A DNA stretch of 64,000 bases from Catajapyx aquilonaris (taxonomy: Eukaryota): contig KZ538040.1 of assembly GCA_000934665.2 (NCBI GenBank), positions 62,001 to 126,000 of the forward strand, read 5' to 3'. The first letter of the stretch is position 1. The number at the start of each line of letters is the position of its first letter. The notes beneath the pieces were generated by a model. The model had not been told where the DNA came from. It saw nothing but the letters and a program-made list of their open reading frames with translations, and searched no databases. A program made the position numbers and the translations under genes. Positions 13,201-26,359 of the stretch are shown here, one piece after another.

Positions 13201-16200
13201 CGGGGAGAGTTGACAGCCAGAAAATGTTGGCACCCAGGGCATCCAATTCAATTTTCACCTGCATTCCCCCCTTAACAGCCTAACCTCCCCCACAACAATA
13301 TACAGGGTGTTCACTAACAATACTTGTATAGTTCTAGAGTGAATTCGTAGGCACCAGATGATCACTTTATGTGGTCTGAGCAGCTTCATGATCCGGATAA
13401 TGAGCTTTTAACAGTGTATCCTGGAATATGTGCATCCCAACTTGCATTTTCCAATTAAATTTGTGGGGCCGTTGCCAGGCTATACACACAAGGCCAGGTC
13501 ACTTCTCTAGAAATGCCCAGCCGAATGCTTCAAAGTGGAATATGTCATGGGGGCGAATACTCCGGGGCTAAAAGTACGGAGGCGAAACGGCGGGGCGAAT
13601 AGTCCGGATCTCGAGTTTTTGCATAAAATCTGGAGGGTCTCGTAACGGGGGTTCAAAATGTAAATAATGTCCGGGAGGCGATGAAAGTGTCGTAAGGCTG
13701 TGTCAGTCACAATTCGTTGCTTAATGCCGTTAATCTATCTGAAGCACTGTCTGTATTATTGCGGAACACCCGGTGTATATATTCATAACACTTGGAAGCG
13801 GAAGGAACAATACATTCGCGTCAAAAGGTCTCCTGAGGGGAAGCCCATTTTTTAAGAGAGGGGTACCGGTGTATACTGTCAGCGTATTCCTCCGTGTATA
13901 TACCGGGCTGCCAACGAAAAAGAGAGAAATTGCAGTAAAGTTTCTCCTCTGGAAGGAAAACTTGCAGGAGAACAAATATTGGTCCAGCCTGGAGGCTTTA
14001 GCTGTTGACGACTGCGACAAGATCGGAGGACAAACACTAGAGAGCGAAGAGTAGAGTAGGTCCAAGATGTCTGCCGGAGCATGGCGGCAAGAAGCGTTTT
14101 TGATGGGGCTCCCTACAAGAAGAGTAGATGCCCTTTTCTTAGGGGGAGACAAGGGCATTTGGAGAGGGCTCCGGATGACTTGGAGTTTGTCAAGGTGCTG
14201 GGGAGGGTGTAAGACGGCTGCAGGGTGACAATAAGTGGTGAAAGGGGGGAGAAAGTGTCGCGGGAGTCGAGACGCCTTGTGTTTGGCAAGTAGTTTTTGC
14301 GCAGGCAGGGTTCAAGAAGTGATGTGTCCTGTACAGTGTGTTTCATAACTTTCGTTCGCATCCTTAATAGGCAGAAATGTCGACTCTACGTCTAAAATAA
14401 GTGTCACATGGCAATGTTTTAACTGCTGTAGACGTTGCACACCAAGCGTTTCTTTGTCATGCTTAAAATGTAGACGTAACATCCGGTAACATCGAAGCTT
14501 ATTGGACCAATATTGTACGTCACAATGAGACGTTTACTTACAAAATTTTGTGGGTGTCTCATAATAATATTGACGGTGCTGCTTACGTGAGTCTCGTAAT
14601 GTTGGTGACAACGTACAGTCTTAGGAGCGATGACAATGCGGCGAACCGTACGCCTCCTCATTAGTAGGTACAAAACCCGAGAGGCTTGAAGAGGGACAGC
14701 TTCGGTGCCCCTGTGTTATTGTTATGGAAATGGAGTACTCTCCCTTGCACTGTACTTTCACGACATTATTGTTGATGAGACTGGTTCGGGGCCAAATGAT
14801 TTAATTTCGGCTGTCATTCCTGTCGGGTGTTGCACCTGCACGAAATTATATAATGGAAATAAAAGAATTTTAATGATGCCTCGGAGCGTGTAAACGTCCT
14901 AATTAGCAGGTACAGTCATTCCAATATTTTTTTATATACTTTCACCTCGGTTTTTATCATGCTTCAGGCCATAACGGCTGTACAGTACTGCACTACAATA
15001 AAAAGTGATATGGCAAATGAAACGTTTAGCCTGATTTTAAAAAAATACCGCGATAAAAATATAGTTGATCGAATAGTACAAAGTAGTACAATCTATTATT
15101 AAGGAATCAAATAATAATTTTCAAATGTATAGAAATATGTACGGTAAAATTACAATTATAATCAAATTAAAATTACAGTCAAAATTGCAATTACAATGTA
15201 GGCTAACTACAATTGGAATACAGTAAAAATTACAATCACAATAATATTATGTCATATAAAAATACTCAAATAAAATATACAACTTCCAATGAGAAAATAG
15301 CATAATAATGTTTAATGCAAAATTATGTACTTGAGCAGGATGACAGTGAATCAATAGTAATCATTGCGTGACTACATATTTCTGTCGGGTATAATTGGTA
15401 CTGGCCGACTTTTGACGACCATTTTGAAGGGTACTCAAAAAAATTTGCACAAATTTATACTCCGCAATACACGACAAGTATCCTGCTAGAAAATGACTTG
15501 TTTCTTGAGTTATGGTATTGGAGGGAAACCTAACATTCAGCTTGATTTATGCAGAAAAAGAAGGAGGCAAGATAAGTCGTGCTGATTTCACCCAACGTAA
15601 TTATCAATAAACCTTGACGTGATTCAAGTGAAAGGGAGGGGGGGGGGGAGGCCTGGACTTTATTGGTTTGCAGTTGCCTGGCATAAATCATCTGGTTATG
15701 ACTTCACTGGGAGCGTTTCATGTACAGTAACCCCTCCCATTGCCCCCGAAAATGATCCAGTCCATTGATAGCAGTCATCTGCTCCAGACCGGAATTGTGT
15801 AAGACATTTCAAAATCTGAAAAAATATAAGGAGGGGGCTGACTGGAGGAGCAATTTTCGACAAAACCGAATAAACGATTCTTTCTTCTTATATCCCCCCC
15901 CCCCCCTCCTATCGTACAAAAACATTAATGTTGACCAATCGCTATATTTCCTGGGAGCCTATGTTTTAGAGCCCACAATTTCCTGGCCGAGCTGATTTGA
16001 TCGCGATGTAAATGAGGCCCCTGATTATACACGTGGAGAAGTCAGGCGAGCGTGCGATGATGGAGATAAAGACTAAAAGGGGTAGTATTTTCCCTTACAA
16101 GTCGAGAAGCACACACAAACCAGCACCCGAACTGTGAGAGTGTGTGTATACATACCGCACAGGGTCTCCTACTGCCTCAAGTCCCCCCCCCCCAAATTAA

Positions 16201-18470
16201 TCAGGATGTAACACGGAAACCATTTTAAAATGAATCAACAATTTAAAGTAATATTAGAAAAAAATTGAATTATTAGAAAATGTACAGTAATCTTGAAAAA
16301 TGTAATATCAAATAGGAACGTATGGAAAGGAATTATTAAAAGTATTAAGTAAATATTCAAATTAAACCTAACTAGTGATAATGTTATACACATAATAAAA
16401 TAATAAACATCGAATAAAATAAAATATTAGTCTACAAACTCTACATAAAGAGTAAAAATAAGCGTAAAAGCAATAAGGTCTAATAAATTACACATTAACA
16501 AATAAAATAAAGTGAAGTGAAATTATCGACAAATAAGTACATGAAATAAATATCTATACGTATATTAATTTAATAAGCCTTGAAATCAAAATAATGCAAA
16601 GGCAGTAATGTAATAATTAAATTCTAAAATTATTAAAAAATGTAAAAGAGCAATGAACTGCCATATACAGCTGGTAAATCATTAATGTAAAAAATGCAAT
16701 GTAAGTTAATAATGTGTAAAAATAATTAATAATAGACCTGGATCAACAAGCTGGTTGCTGGAGGGAATAATCAACATGTTCTTCCACCTTCAATAGAGAA
16801 CTTGCAAAGCGCAACGCAGCTTATGCGAGTACAGAGAACCGTCGAAATAAACGCGAGTCGAAAAGGGAATTTCCAATGAGTGCAAGTCATTGGAGGGGGG
16901 GCTGTACATACAAGGGGGGGTTTGTATAACCTGTTGCCAGAAAACTCGAGGGATCGGTACCGGTGGTACCGGCAGAGAGCCAATGCACCATAGCTTCATG
17001 TAGGATTACACTAGGGAGAGCTTACGGTTCCAAATGGGATATCTGATGTGGAGAGAGAGAGAGAGAGTTTACAAAAAAAAAAAAAGTTGGGCTATCCAAT
17101 TTTGACTAGGTTTTGGTGGGTACAAAGTAAGGCTAATTCGAGTGAATCCTAGTTGGATCAGGGCAATGTTTCAGAGACTATGTTGATGCAACTATTCGTG
17201 TGTGGAGTTGGATACAGTCACACATGTGATGCATCATTGTGTGGGCCAACTTTTTTTGGGGGAAGGTGCATTTGTCTCCATTGGGTTCGTGCCGTCTGCC
17301 GGTAATCGCCTTCTTCCATTAGTAAAAAGGGGGGAAGCGGCATGCCCTTTACAAAAGAGCAAAAGAGTGCGGGCCTTTCAGGGAAACTTCCCTCCCAAAA
17401 ATGTGAAGATGTAGGTCCAACCTTTTGTGTGTCGGTTTTTTTTTTTTTTGGAACAATCTAGTTTCAACATAGGATTAGCAAGCCCGCAGTTTCCGATTCC
17501 ATCTCCGATTCGGTTCTCTCTCTGTCTCTGACTATGCCAAAAGCTCTTTGCACTTTGCAAAGCGACTCAGAAAATGTCAAATGGTTTAGGCCATGTTGTA
17601 GCTATGCCTGCTGCTGCCTGCTACTGCTGGGGTAGGGGAAAAGGCTTTTTGGAAACACAAACAGAGAATGCGGGGATCTAAGGATAGAGTGTGCCTAGGC
17701 TTGATGTATGATGTTCCGCATCTGCAAGCTTCCGAGCTTCAAAAGCACTAGGAATTTCCCCTAGCAAACTACAGCAAACACATCCCCGATATTTTTTAAA
17801 ACCCAAATCGAATTTCTGCTTCCAAAAAAAAAGTGCAATTGCGGCGAAGTTCACAGCTCTTGTTGACAAAATCGATCTGCTGTGTAAACTTTCCGTATGC
17901 AAATAGAGACCGCTACGATTTATTATAGGCCTATACAAAAAAAAATGTTTGTCACCTCTAAATGAACCATTTGGACCCCTCTCTCTAGGGTCCCCATTTT
18001 GGGAGGGTTCAAAATTGATCTGGTACAGATTATTTCCCAGGCTGTTTCCGAGCTGTCGGAGTCGATATTTCTTTCTAGCCTGTCTTCAAGTGCTGGGCTT
18101 TTTGGCAAAAAGGAACCGGGGGGGAAGGGGCGGAGACCCTTCTTTTCGGGCTGGGTCCTTTATGGACTCCGGTGAATTCAGGTGTGAAGGGTAAGGACGA
18201 AAGGAGGTCAATGGAGTGGTCAGACATGCCGACCCTTTTCTTACAAAATGTGAGGGGCGTGCTGGAAAGAGTCTATTGATTTTGACAAATGTTTATTTCT
18301 TTGGTGTGGCGTATGGGCCGTGATTTAATACAAGGGTTGGCTCAAAACGCAGGTNNNNNNNNNNNNNNNNNGGGGAGATTTCATCGAAAATGGTTTTCTT
18401 TGTTCTGAATAGTCATTTTACTGGCCTTTTGTTGCGATTGGATTCGAAAATTTCGATGGTGCAGGCAGAT

Positions 18471-18541
18471 TCGACTTACGTAGACTCGACTTACGTATAC
18501 GTAGATCCTGACTTACGTATATGTAGATCCCTAGTTACGTA
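18471..18541. repeat. short degenerate tandem repeat (gacttacgta/gtagatc)
   Basis: About four variants of gacttacgta in 70 bp. Confidence 0.6.
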
Positions 18542-19506
18542 AAAATTACAATACAAATACCTTAAATATTTCCCGGTACTTTCTTGTTGTAATGCTTGAA
18601 GAGAGTGATTTGAGAGAAGCAAAGGTCCTACACACAACTTCCAAAATGGACGCAACTTGTAATGCGATTTGAAAGCCATCTACGGGAACGAGTGATGGGG
18701 GAAGACCTCTTTCCCAAATATGACTTGTTTAGCCAGCAAAGTGAGAAAGTAATCCCTACACTTGGGTTTTGAGTTAATCCAATCTGGGCTCGGCATTGAC
18801 TCATCAATTACAACTAAGTGAATGGGAATGGGGGGAATAATGAAGGGACATTGTGGGATCCCCCACTCTATATAGCTGTAACATGGTCAGACTTGATCAG
18901 AATAATTCTAAGGACAAAAAAAAGGGAGACCGATCTAGCCTGATTAACTTTCAATAGCTTTGGGGGAAAAAAGAAGCTAAAAAAACTCGCGATCAGATCG
19001 ATCCGTCTCCCGTCAGATCGACTTAACTCCTTGACTTTAGCACCTGGTTTTTTCTATTCGGAACCGGCTTCACTTGTCAGAAGCGGTAAGCTTGGGTGAC
19101 ATCACAAAGTCAAACAGTATAAGGCGCCCATTTTACACGGTGTATTTTTACAGAGGGTAGGGAAGATTTCCTGTAACATAATTCAAGCGCATGTGGAAGT
19201 GACTCTAAAAGTGGAAGTTTGTGAAAGGAGAAGTAGAAGGGGGGACGTTTGCCCTTGTTATTTTGTTGTTCGGCTCTTCGTGTGCGGGTTTGTCTGCAAG
19301 AAGCTGCAGCTGTTGCGGATTCCTTGACGGCACTTAATTGCTTTACTGCATTTTTATGTTTCGGATGTGAACACGGACGCGATTACTCACTGCATACCGT
19401 CTCTGCACTGTGTAGAGTCTATTTCCAGGAACTCTTTTCCGGATAATAAATAATTTTAGGGTTAGAAAATCAGGTCATAACCGTGGAAGCGGAAAATGGG
19501 TCGCGT

Positions 19507-20225
19507 GGACCAAAAATGGCGGCCTCCTAGAGGATGAGCCGACTCTGAACATTTGTACTGGAAATAGCGGCCAATATTGGTATCTAAATGCACCGAAAAG
19601 TAACTTGTAGTTAATTAGATCATGAAGTCAGCACATTTTGTTGATATTTACAAAGCAAATGTTCATGGTCAGTCCGCGCATACAGGAGGCCGCCATTTTT
19701 GGTTCAACTTTTGGCGTCAAACTGCGCCAAAAGTGACGTAGCAAATTTATTAACATTAAGTCATAAAGTCAGCACACTGTTGCCGATATTTCCAATACAA
19801 ATGTTTTGTTTAGCTCCAGGAGGCCGCCATTTTTGGTCCAATCATTCAAGCCCATTTCCCGTTTAAAGTCAGCACACTGTTGTCGATATTTCCAATATAA
19901 ATGTTCAGGGTTGGCCCACCTCCCGAGGAGGTCGCCATTTTTAGTCCAACTTTAGAAATCAAAAGGTGCATAAAGTACCTTGTGGGTAATTTATTAACAT
20001 TAGGTCATAAAGTCAGCACACTGTTGCCGATATTTCCAATACAAATGTTTTATAGTGTTGGCACGCCGCTCCAGGAGGAGGCAGCCATTTTTAGTCCAAT
20101 CATTCAAGCCCATTTTCCGTTTAAAGTCATCACACTGTTGTCGATATTTCCAATATAAATGTTCAGGGTTGGCTCGCCTCCCGAGGAGGTCGCCATTTTT
20201 GGTCCAATCCTTTCCAGCCCATTTC
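19507..20225. repeat. tandem array of about 100-145 bp units with one inverted copy
   Basis: Five copies of aaagtcagcacactgttgccgatatttccaat.caaatgtt...ggaggccgccatttttggtcca (about 19625, 19765, 19866, 20009, 20124), plus a reverse-complement copy at about 19507-19572. Confidence 0.85.
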
Positions 20226-21342
20226 GCCGTTTTTCATCTTCCATAGTTATGACCCGATTTCCTAACCTGAAATTTAAGGACTTTTCATCATAATTACGTG
20301 GGCGTGCTGGCATCGAACCGCACCCCTCCGATTGATTCGGATAAAATGGGAAGCGGGCTCCCAATAGTCTGCATACGTGCTCTGATCCGGAAATTGGATC
20401 CACTGGTATAAGTTAGGCCCGGTTGTCGCATGGATTGATATTCCTACCAAGGTTCCAATTTTCGGCAAAGGGGTTGGTCAATAGCAAAAGGTGGGGAGCT
20501 GTTACTATATATGTGAAGATCGATATGTGGAATTGTAAGAGGAGGCGGGGTACTGTACAGTTCTAGCCCCCCCTTTTCGAATCTATAATCAGACTGGATT
20601 TTGTGGCCGCCCACTTTGAATTAATTGGGGTGGGCCAGTGGAAGCTCGTTAACCGAACCGGTCTTTCACACAATGGGAGCAAATCGCATTACAAACTTAC
20701 CGCCGACTTAACCGGTGGACATCCCATCAGCGATTCACAATGGAGGAGAAGCACATACACTCTTTTTTTTTCAAATAAAAAAGTAGATACTGATTCTAAT
20801 TGGTTATACACTGCCGGAAGAGCCGCTCCCCTATTTTTAAGAGAGAGGAAAAAAAACTGGGGATGACAGACGTAAGGAGTGTATACAGGACACATTTGGG
20901 TTTTTGATAGCTATGATGACATGGCGTTGACTAGTGGTACGCCCCACTTACTTTCTTTTTGTGGCGTGAAAATAAAATGAGCTCCTTGTTTATTCTTCTG
21001 GGAAAACTGTCCAGTGTGTGTCATCAACCCAGGCCCGTTATGAAGCCGGGTCAAGGATGACAGACGCCAGATGCGAGCAAGTACTTGTGGAGGGGTTTGC
21101 TCGGCGTAACGAGCAGGCAGCCATTACTTAGCGGTTGAGTTTGTGGCCGACAGGTGGCAGGCTGGCTTGTGCTGACATCTATTGCAAACGATCCAATAAA
21201 TTCGATTTTTAAACTTTATCGGATGTTTTGAACTACCAGCATCGTTTTATTATGATATGTAGACCTACATATGATTTAAGTGTGTTTTACCTAAATTTCG
21301 TTTCTTCATAATATTCCCCCCCCCCCCCATTTTTATTTTCAG

Positions 21343-21708
21343 GCGAGGGCTACTTGCTTGACCCTCTTTTGCCGACCGGTGACCCCGACCACAGTGCCAT
21401 ACCGGTGTTCCTGGATGACCCCGTGGACGCTTACGTGATCAAGAACAAGCCAGCGACATTGACCTGCAGAGCGGCACATGCACTGCAGGTTTACTTCAAG
21501 TGCAACGGTGACCATGTCAGGTCGAAGCATATGTCACAGCAGGACTTTGTCGATCCCATGTCTGGGATACGACAGGTCGAGGGCAAGGTCGACGTGACCA
21601 GGAACGACGTGGAGGAGTACTTCGGAAAGGACAAGTTCAAGTGCGAGTGCATCGCGTGGTCCAGTCGAGGTCAGGTCAAGAGCAGGTCAGCCACAGTCGA
21701 CGTCGCCT
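21343..21708 (+). CDS. unc-5: unc-5 netrin receptor exon, first Ig-like domain
   Basis: Acceptor ttttattttcAG (21341-2) and donor T|GTAAGT (21709). PVFLDDPVDAYVIKNKPATLTCRAAHALQVYFKCNG...VTRNDVEEYFGKDKFKCECIAWSSRGQVKS matches the UNC5 Ig1 signature (YIVKNKP..L.C.A..A.QI.FKCNG; C.C.AWS..G..KS). Confidence 0.95.
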
Positions 21709-22027
21709 GTAAGTAAAACCTTTTTCTGCACGATCAAATGAAAGATTGGCAACGTCGCAAACACGCATAGCTGATACACTTGACTGCCTTCTTTTAATAA
21801 CAGTTCTTTTCAAAACCGCTGCTGTTATTTTAAATACATACTGTTACTGATGAACTTTCCTTGGAAAAGTTGACTGTTTGGGAAGAAACCTCATAAAGCG
21901 TAACTTACTTACTTTTTAGTGAAAATATTACGTTAATTATTTCGAAATCAGTTGCAGTTACAGAGTAGCAGCTACTTGTTTATGAGCTTTGTGTGTTGCG
22001 TTGTTGCCACATTTTATTAGGGACGCC

Positions 22028-22125
22028 TTGCCAAAACTTGGCAACATTGCTCCCACCCTGACTGTCCACGTAGTACCACAGCCCTCACAGATATGGCGCA
22101 TGGTCCCTCTCTCCATGCTACTGCC
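22028..22125 (+). repeat. dispersed repeat copy (ttgccaaaacttggcaa...cctcacatagatggcgcat family)
   Basis: Aligns by eye with 51078-51165; partial copies at about 28790-28830 (+) and 62375-62425 (-). Confidence 0.7.
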
Positions 22126-23643
22126 ACTTTGGGGGGAAAGTGATACTACATGCACATAGCCGATGACTGACCGCGGACAAACAACTAGATCGACACATAT
22201 TCAAGCCAATTCTATTGTTCGTGTTTTTGGGAAAACTAATCGCAGTTTTGTGCAAGGATTTTTGCAAAAGTACAGCTGGATACATGTTTTACAAACGACA
22301 CGAACCGCAACAAATGTCCGGTTCGCAATTCAAAACGTCTTTTTAAAAACCTCCTCGTAATTTCTCTGGAAATAAAGACACATTTTGGCAATGCAAATAA
22401 GACCCCCAACTCACCACTTCCTAATTGTCGGTTTTCAACTTTAAGCGCCTGTAATTTCCCTGACATTTTTTTTTTCTTCTTCTTCTCTGAAAGGGAGGTT
22501 AAACCTTCCTTTTCCAACGGTGGTTCTTCCATTTAACGACGGCGTTAATGTCAAGTAAATCAACCGTTTTCTGCCCGGTTCAGGCCGGTTCCAAACTACC
22601 TTCTTCTTTTTCCTTGGATTTTCCAACCCAGTGTGATGGATGGAAGGAAAAGCTGCGAACGGTCATCAACTCAGGGCATTAAGCAATCCCCATGATAGGT
22701 TAATGGCGCATCGGGCTTGTGACCAGCTCTTTTCTTCGGTGGCCCCCGGTCGCAAACCTCACCCGAATTTATGACCGTAATTTTGATATGTAAACGAGCG
22801 GTTTTAACTGACTTCTTGTTGGACTATAATTTTTTTTTTAGAGAGACAGAGAGAGGAAACCGGGTTGAAAATTAATGTTTTTAGAACCCAGGTTTTAAAA
22901 ACGAGGGATCGACGTGTGTGTCAGCACCCAGTTTTTGCTGTTAAAATGAGGGCAAGTTGTGCCAACGTATCAGGCGAGTCCATCGTTGGCAACAATGGCG
23001 GATGTCATTTCCGGTGTCTGCCTGGGTCCCTTCCAGGGGCGGTAGAAGAAAAAGTGGGTGTCTGCAATGCAGAGTTCGATTCCAGGGGCTGTGTAGGTTG
23101 GATGGAAGAAAAAGAAAACCTTGGGGGGGGGGGGGGGGGGGAAAAAANACAAAACAGAGCCTATCAGCAAGGGCATTGTTTCCTGGGCTTCCCCCGGGTT
23201 GATAACAATGAGCGGCGGGCGGGAATATCACGCCTCGAAAAGTGACGGCAAAATCAATATGCGTATGATACTACATGGCACACACTGTACTGACATCCCA
23301 ACGAATCTTGTTTATCGCGTCAAGATCGGACCTTGGACGAGTACAATCAACTGCTTATTATTCGTGCTACTCATGTTTATTTAATATTACATATTAAGGC
23401 ATGATGTACAAAATGTGAAACATTTTATTTTAATTGCCAGTATTTATATGGTCTTCTCCCACCTAAAGGACAGGAACCCAGAAGGGACAACAAAAGTTTT
23501 TGCAAATTATTTTATTTTATTTATTCACATAATTTATTTCATACGGTACCGTGTTATAAAATTTACATATTTATTTTGTAATATAATAGCATATTGATAC
23601 AGTATCAAATGTAGTAATATGAATTAAGTTTAAGATAATAATA

Positions 23644-23952
23644 CAGGGTGTTTCAACTTTTTTGTCCGAACAGTTATCGGAAAATTGACCGTAGCTGCTA
23701 CTTTGTAAGGAGTGACTTGCAACCGGTGATTTGTCGTAGCAATGGGGAATGGGGACAAAGAGGGTCACACGTCCCATGGCATGTGTGACCCTCTTTTTTC
23801 CAGGCTTGACCCTCAACCTACTTCAACCTACGATTCGCAGGGAATATTCCCCGTTCCTCCTACAAATCACCGTTTGAAAGTCACTGCTTACAGAGTAGCA
23901 GCTACGTGCAATTATCCGATAACTGTTCGGACAAAAAAGTTGGAACACCATG
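23644..23952. mobile_element. Tc1/mariner-type MITE, about 309 bp, with about 100-bp imperfect TIRs and TA flanks
   Basis: TA-cagggtgtttcaacttttttgtccgaacagttatcgga ... tccgataactgttcggacaaaaaagttggaacaccatg-TA. Confidence 0.85.
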
Positions 23953-26264
23953 TATATAAATTAATAAAATTTTATTAATATGTAAAATTAAAAATAGCCA
24001 AACGAGTAAAGTACATTAATACCCATTTACCTATTTTTCATTTTGACTTGTTAATAAAATTTTATTAATTTATATATTATCCTAAATTTAATTTTTACGT
24101 GCTACATTTGATATATCATTTTGTTACATATAATTTACTTTAATATACAGTATACAGGGTTTTATTTATTAGTGAATTAGTCCATATTATTTTATCTGCA
24201 AGCCCTGTGGCTTTTTCGGGGGCTTGGACAGACCCATCCCATCAGGTATACCAGAGAATCGTGGGGTCACATGTATTAATATTTTTTTGTCCTCGCAAAA
24301 AATGGTCCCCATCGAAATGTGACGGCTGCCAAAAATAACCCCCGATGCAAGCCCCCCCGATTTGGATTCCTGTCGAGGGTTCGATTCCCGTTGGGACGTC
24401 GATGCATGTTGGCCCCTACTCGCTGGCTGCCGTACCTGATAAATCTGCCCGGAGAATAATTTGGACCGCGTGGATACGAGCCAGAAAGTGAGGGGCGGTT
24501 TTAAATGGAAATGACGGCAGGGGGGGGGGGGGGGTAGTGGGGGTTTTTCCCCCGGCGGTCTAAAATTTCGGCTGGAAATGATCCAGGCGGCATCACCAAT
24601 GAGGTGTATCTGGCTGGCGAGGCACGAACGGACCTCGATTCCTACCCGTGGTCAAAAGGTTCCATGTTACGATCGACTGCTACAGGCTTCAGGGGGGGAG
24701 GATAGAACCGGATTTTATTGACGGTCGTGACGGCCATTTTATTTACCTTTAAGCCATGGACAACACAAGTATTGCTATCGATCGCGGCTCAAATTTTGAG
24801 CCCATTTCCTTCCCCTGCTTCAAGGGGTTGTTTGCCCTAACAACAGGTTTTAAAGGCACTCTACCTGTAGCAGGTTGCTGGGGTGAGCAATCCGAAATTT
24901 TCTTCAATTTTTATTCAAAAATTGATATTTTAAGTATGAAAGCGTTCTTTCCCGTCTTGTAGATGGGTCAGTGCTCATATGTCCCGACTTGGAGATGGGA
25001 CAGTACCTATCAAATATAATCAATAAATCTCAATCAATAAGTCAACCCCTTTTAATGGTATAACACTACTAGTTCGCCTTCCCACCCACCAGAGGCGCTG
25101 TCTTTCCCCCATTGCGCAGGGGCAGAACGGGGGCCAATCGGAAGCGTCGTGCAAACAATATACGGCGGGCCACTCAGGTCATACAAAGAATTTTCATATT
25201 ATAGATTACGGATTGTCCACTATAGCAACCAGTTTCGGAAGAATCCACAATTCTGCTAATGACTGGGTTGCCAGGTTGAACAATCAATATTGTCCCCCCA
25301 CCCCACCCCCTCTCCCCAAAACTTCCTTCTTGATCTGCGGGTGCACCACTCTGTATTACATGCTTAAAGAGGTGGAAACATTACACCTTTCACATGGCAG
25401 TAATTTGTCGTAAGGCGAGTTCGGAAACTGCTCGGTGAAGCATGGTGCTGCCCACTGGTGCGATGACAAGCCATGAATCATGTGACACTTTTTTTCTTCA
25501 CAGAGGACTGTCTCAGTCTTATATATTGCGTGTCTTTTGTTTCCCCCTCCCAACAGTCATCAGCCCCCACTATTTTTTCCCCCTTTGTTGAAGACTAGTT
25601 AATGAACACTGCTGAGTTAGATCAATATACTCGCACACACACAAAAAATAACCCTCGCAATAATAAAAAATGTCATATTAGCTAAATGTAATCGCTGCTA
25701 CTGGCAGGTCTATGCAATGTTCAAAAAATAATAATTATTGGCTCTAAATTATCGGGGCACTTGCATTTGACACATGTGTCCGGACAGACTTTTTATGCCA
25801 CGCCAAGTTTTTGAAACTGGTCATATGTTATTGAATACTTCAAAAAAAATGTCACTCTTGTTAAAACCAGTCAACCGGAGTTTGATCAAAACATAGTAGA
25901 AAATGTCGTTTCTTATTAGGGGATTAAATGGAGTGGCCTACAACTGGAAGAACTTTGTCATCCTATTTGTGTACGTTGGTCGCTGTCACATAAATCGTGT
26001 TTATTTTTTAGGGAATTCTCCCGCCGCTTCCATGTTTGTTCGGGATCGTCGGTTTTATTGACCATCTTTCCTGGAACAATGGAGACTGTTCCGGATGCAT
26101 TATGATTGGGTCGGGCTCTGTTTTCACCACATTTGGAATTGACCCCCTCCATTTAGAATGTTTATGGAGGTTTATATGGTTTAGATCTCCATTCGCATTC
26201 GCCTTATATTATGCTGAGGAGTGTTTAATATTGATTACAATGGAAGGGCTCGAGGGTTAACCGC

Positions 26265-26359
26265 CAGTGGAGTTTCCTCCGTATGACCACCTTCATTTGA
26301 TCGAACATATGAAGGTGGTCATACGGAGGAACTTCAACTGAAGGTGGTCATACGGAGGA
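26265..26359. repeat. short hairpin (23-bp perfect stem, 12-nt loop) with a duplicated right arm
   Basis: ttcctccgtatgaccaccttcat (26274-26296) pairs with atgaaggtggtcatacggaggaa (26309-26331); a further arm copy lies at 26339-26359. Confidence 0.8.

Noticed and set aside
13730..14361. Cluster of overlapping ORFs of 67-142 aa
   Set aside because: No recognisable domain, RT or transposase motif, and no convincing exon boundaries.
21339..21530. Minus-strand ORFs overlapping real exons (also 7031-7296, 54158-54476, 57572-58082)
   Set aside because: They are antisense shadows of + strand coding exons.
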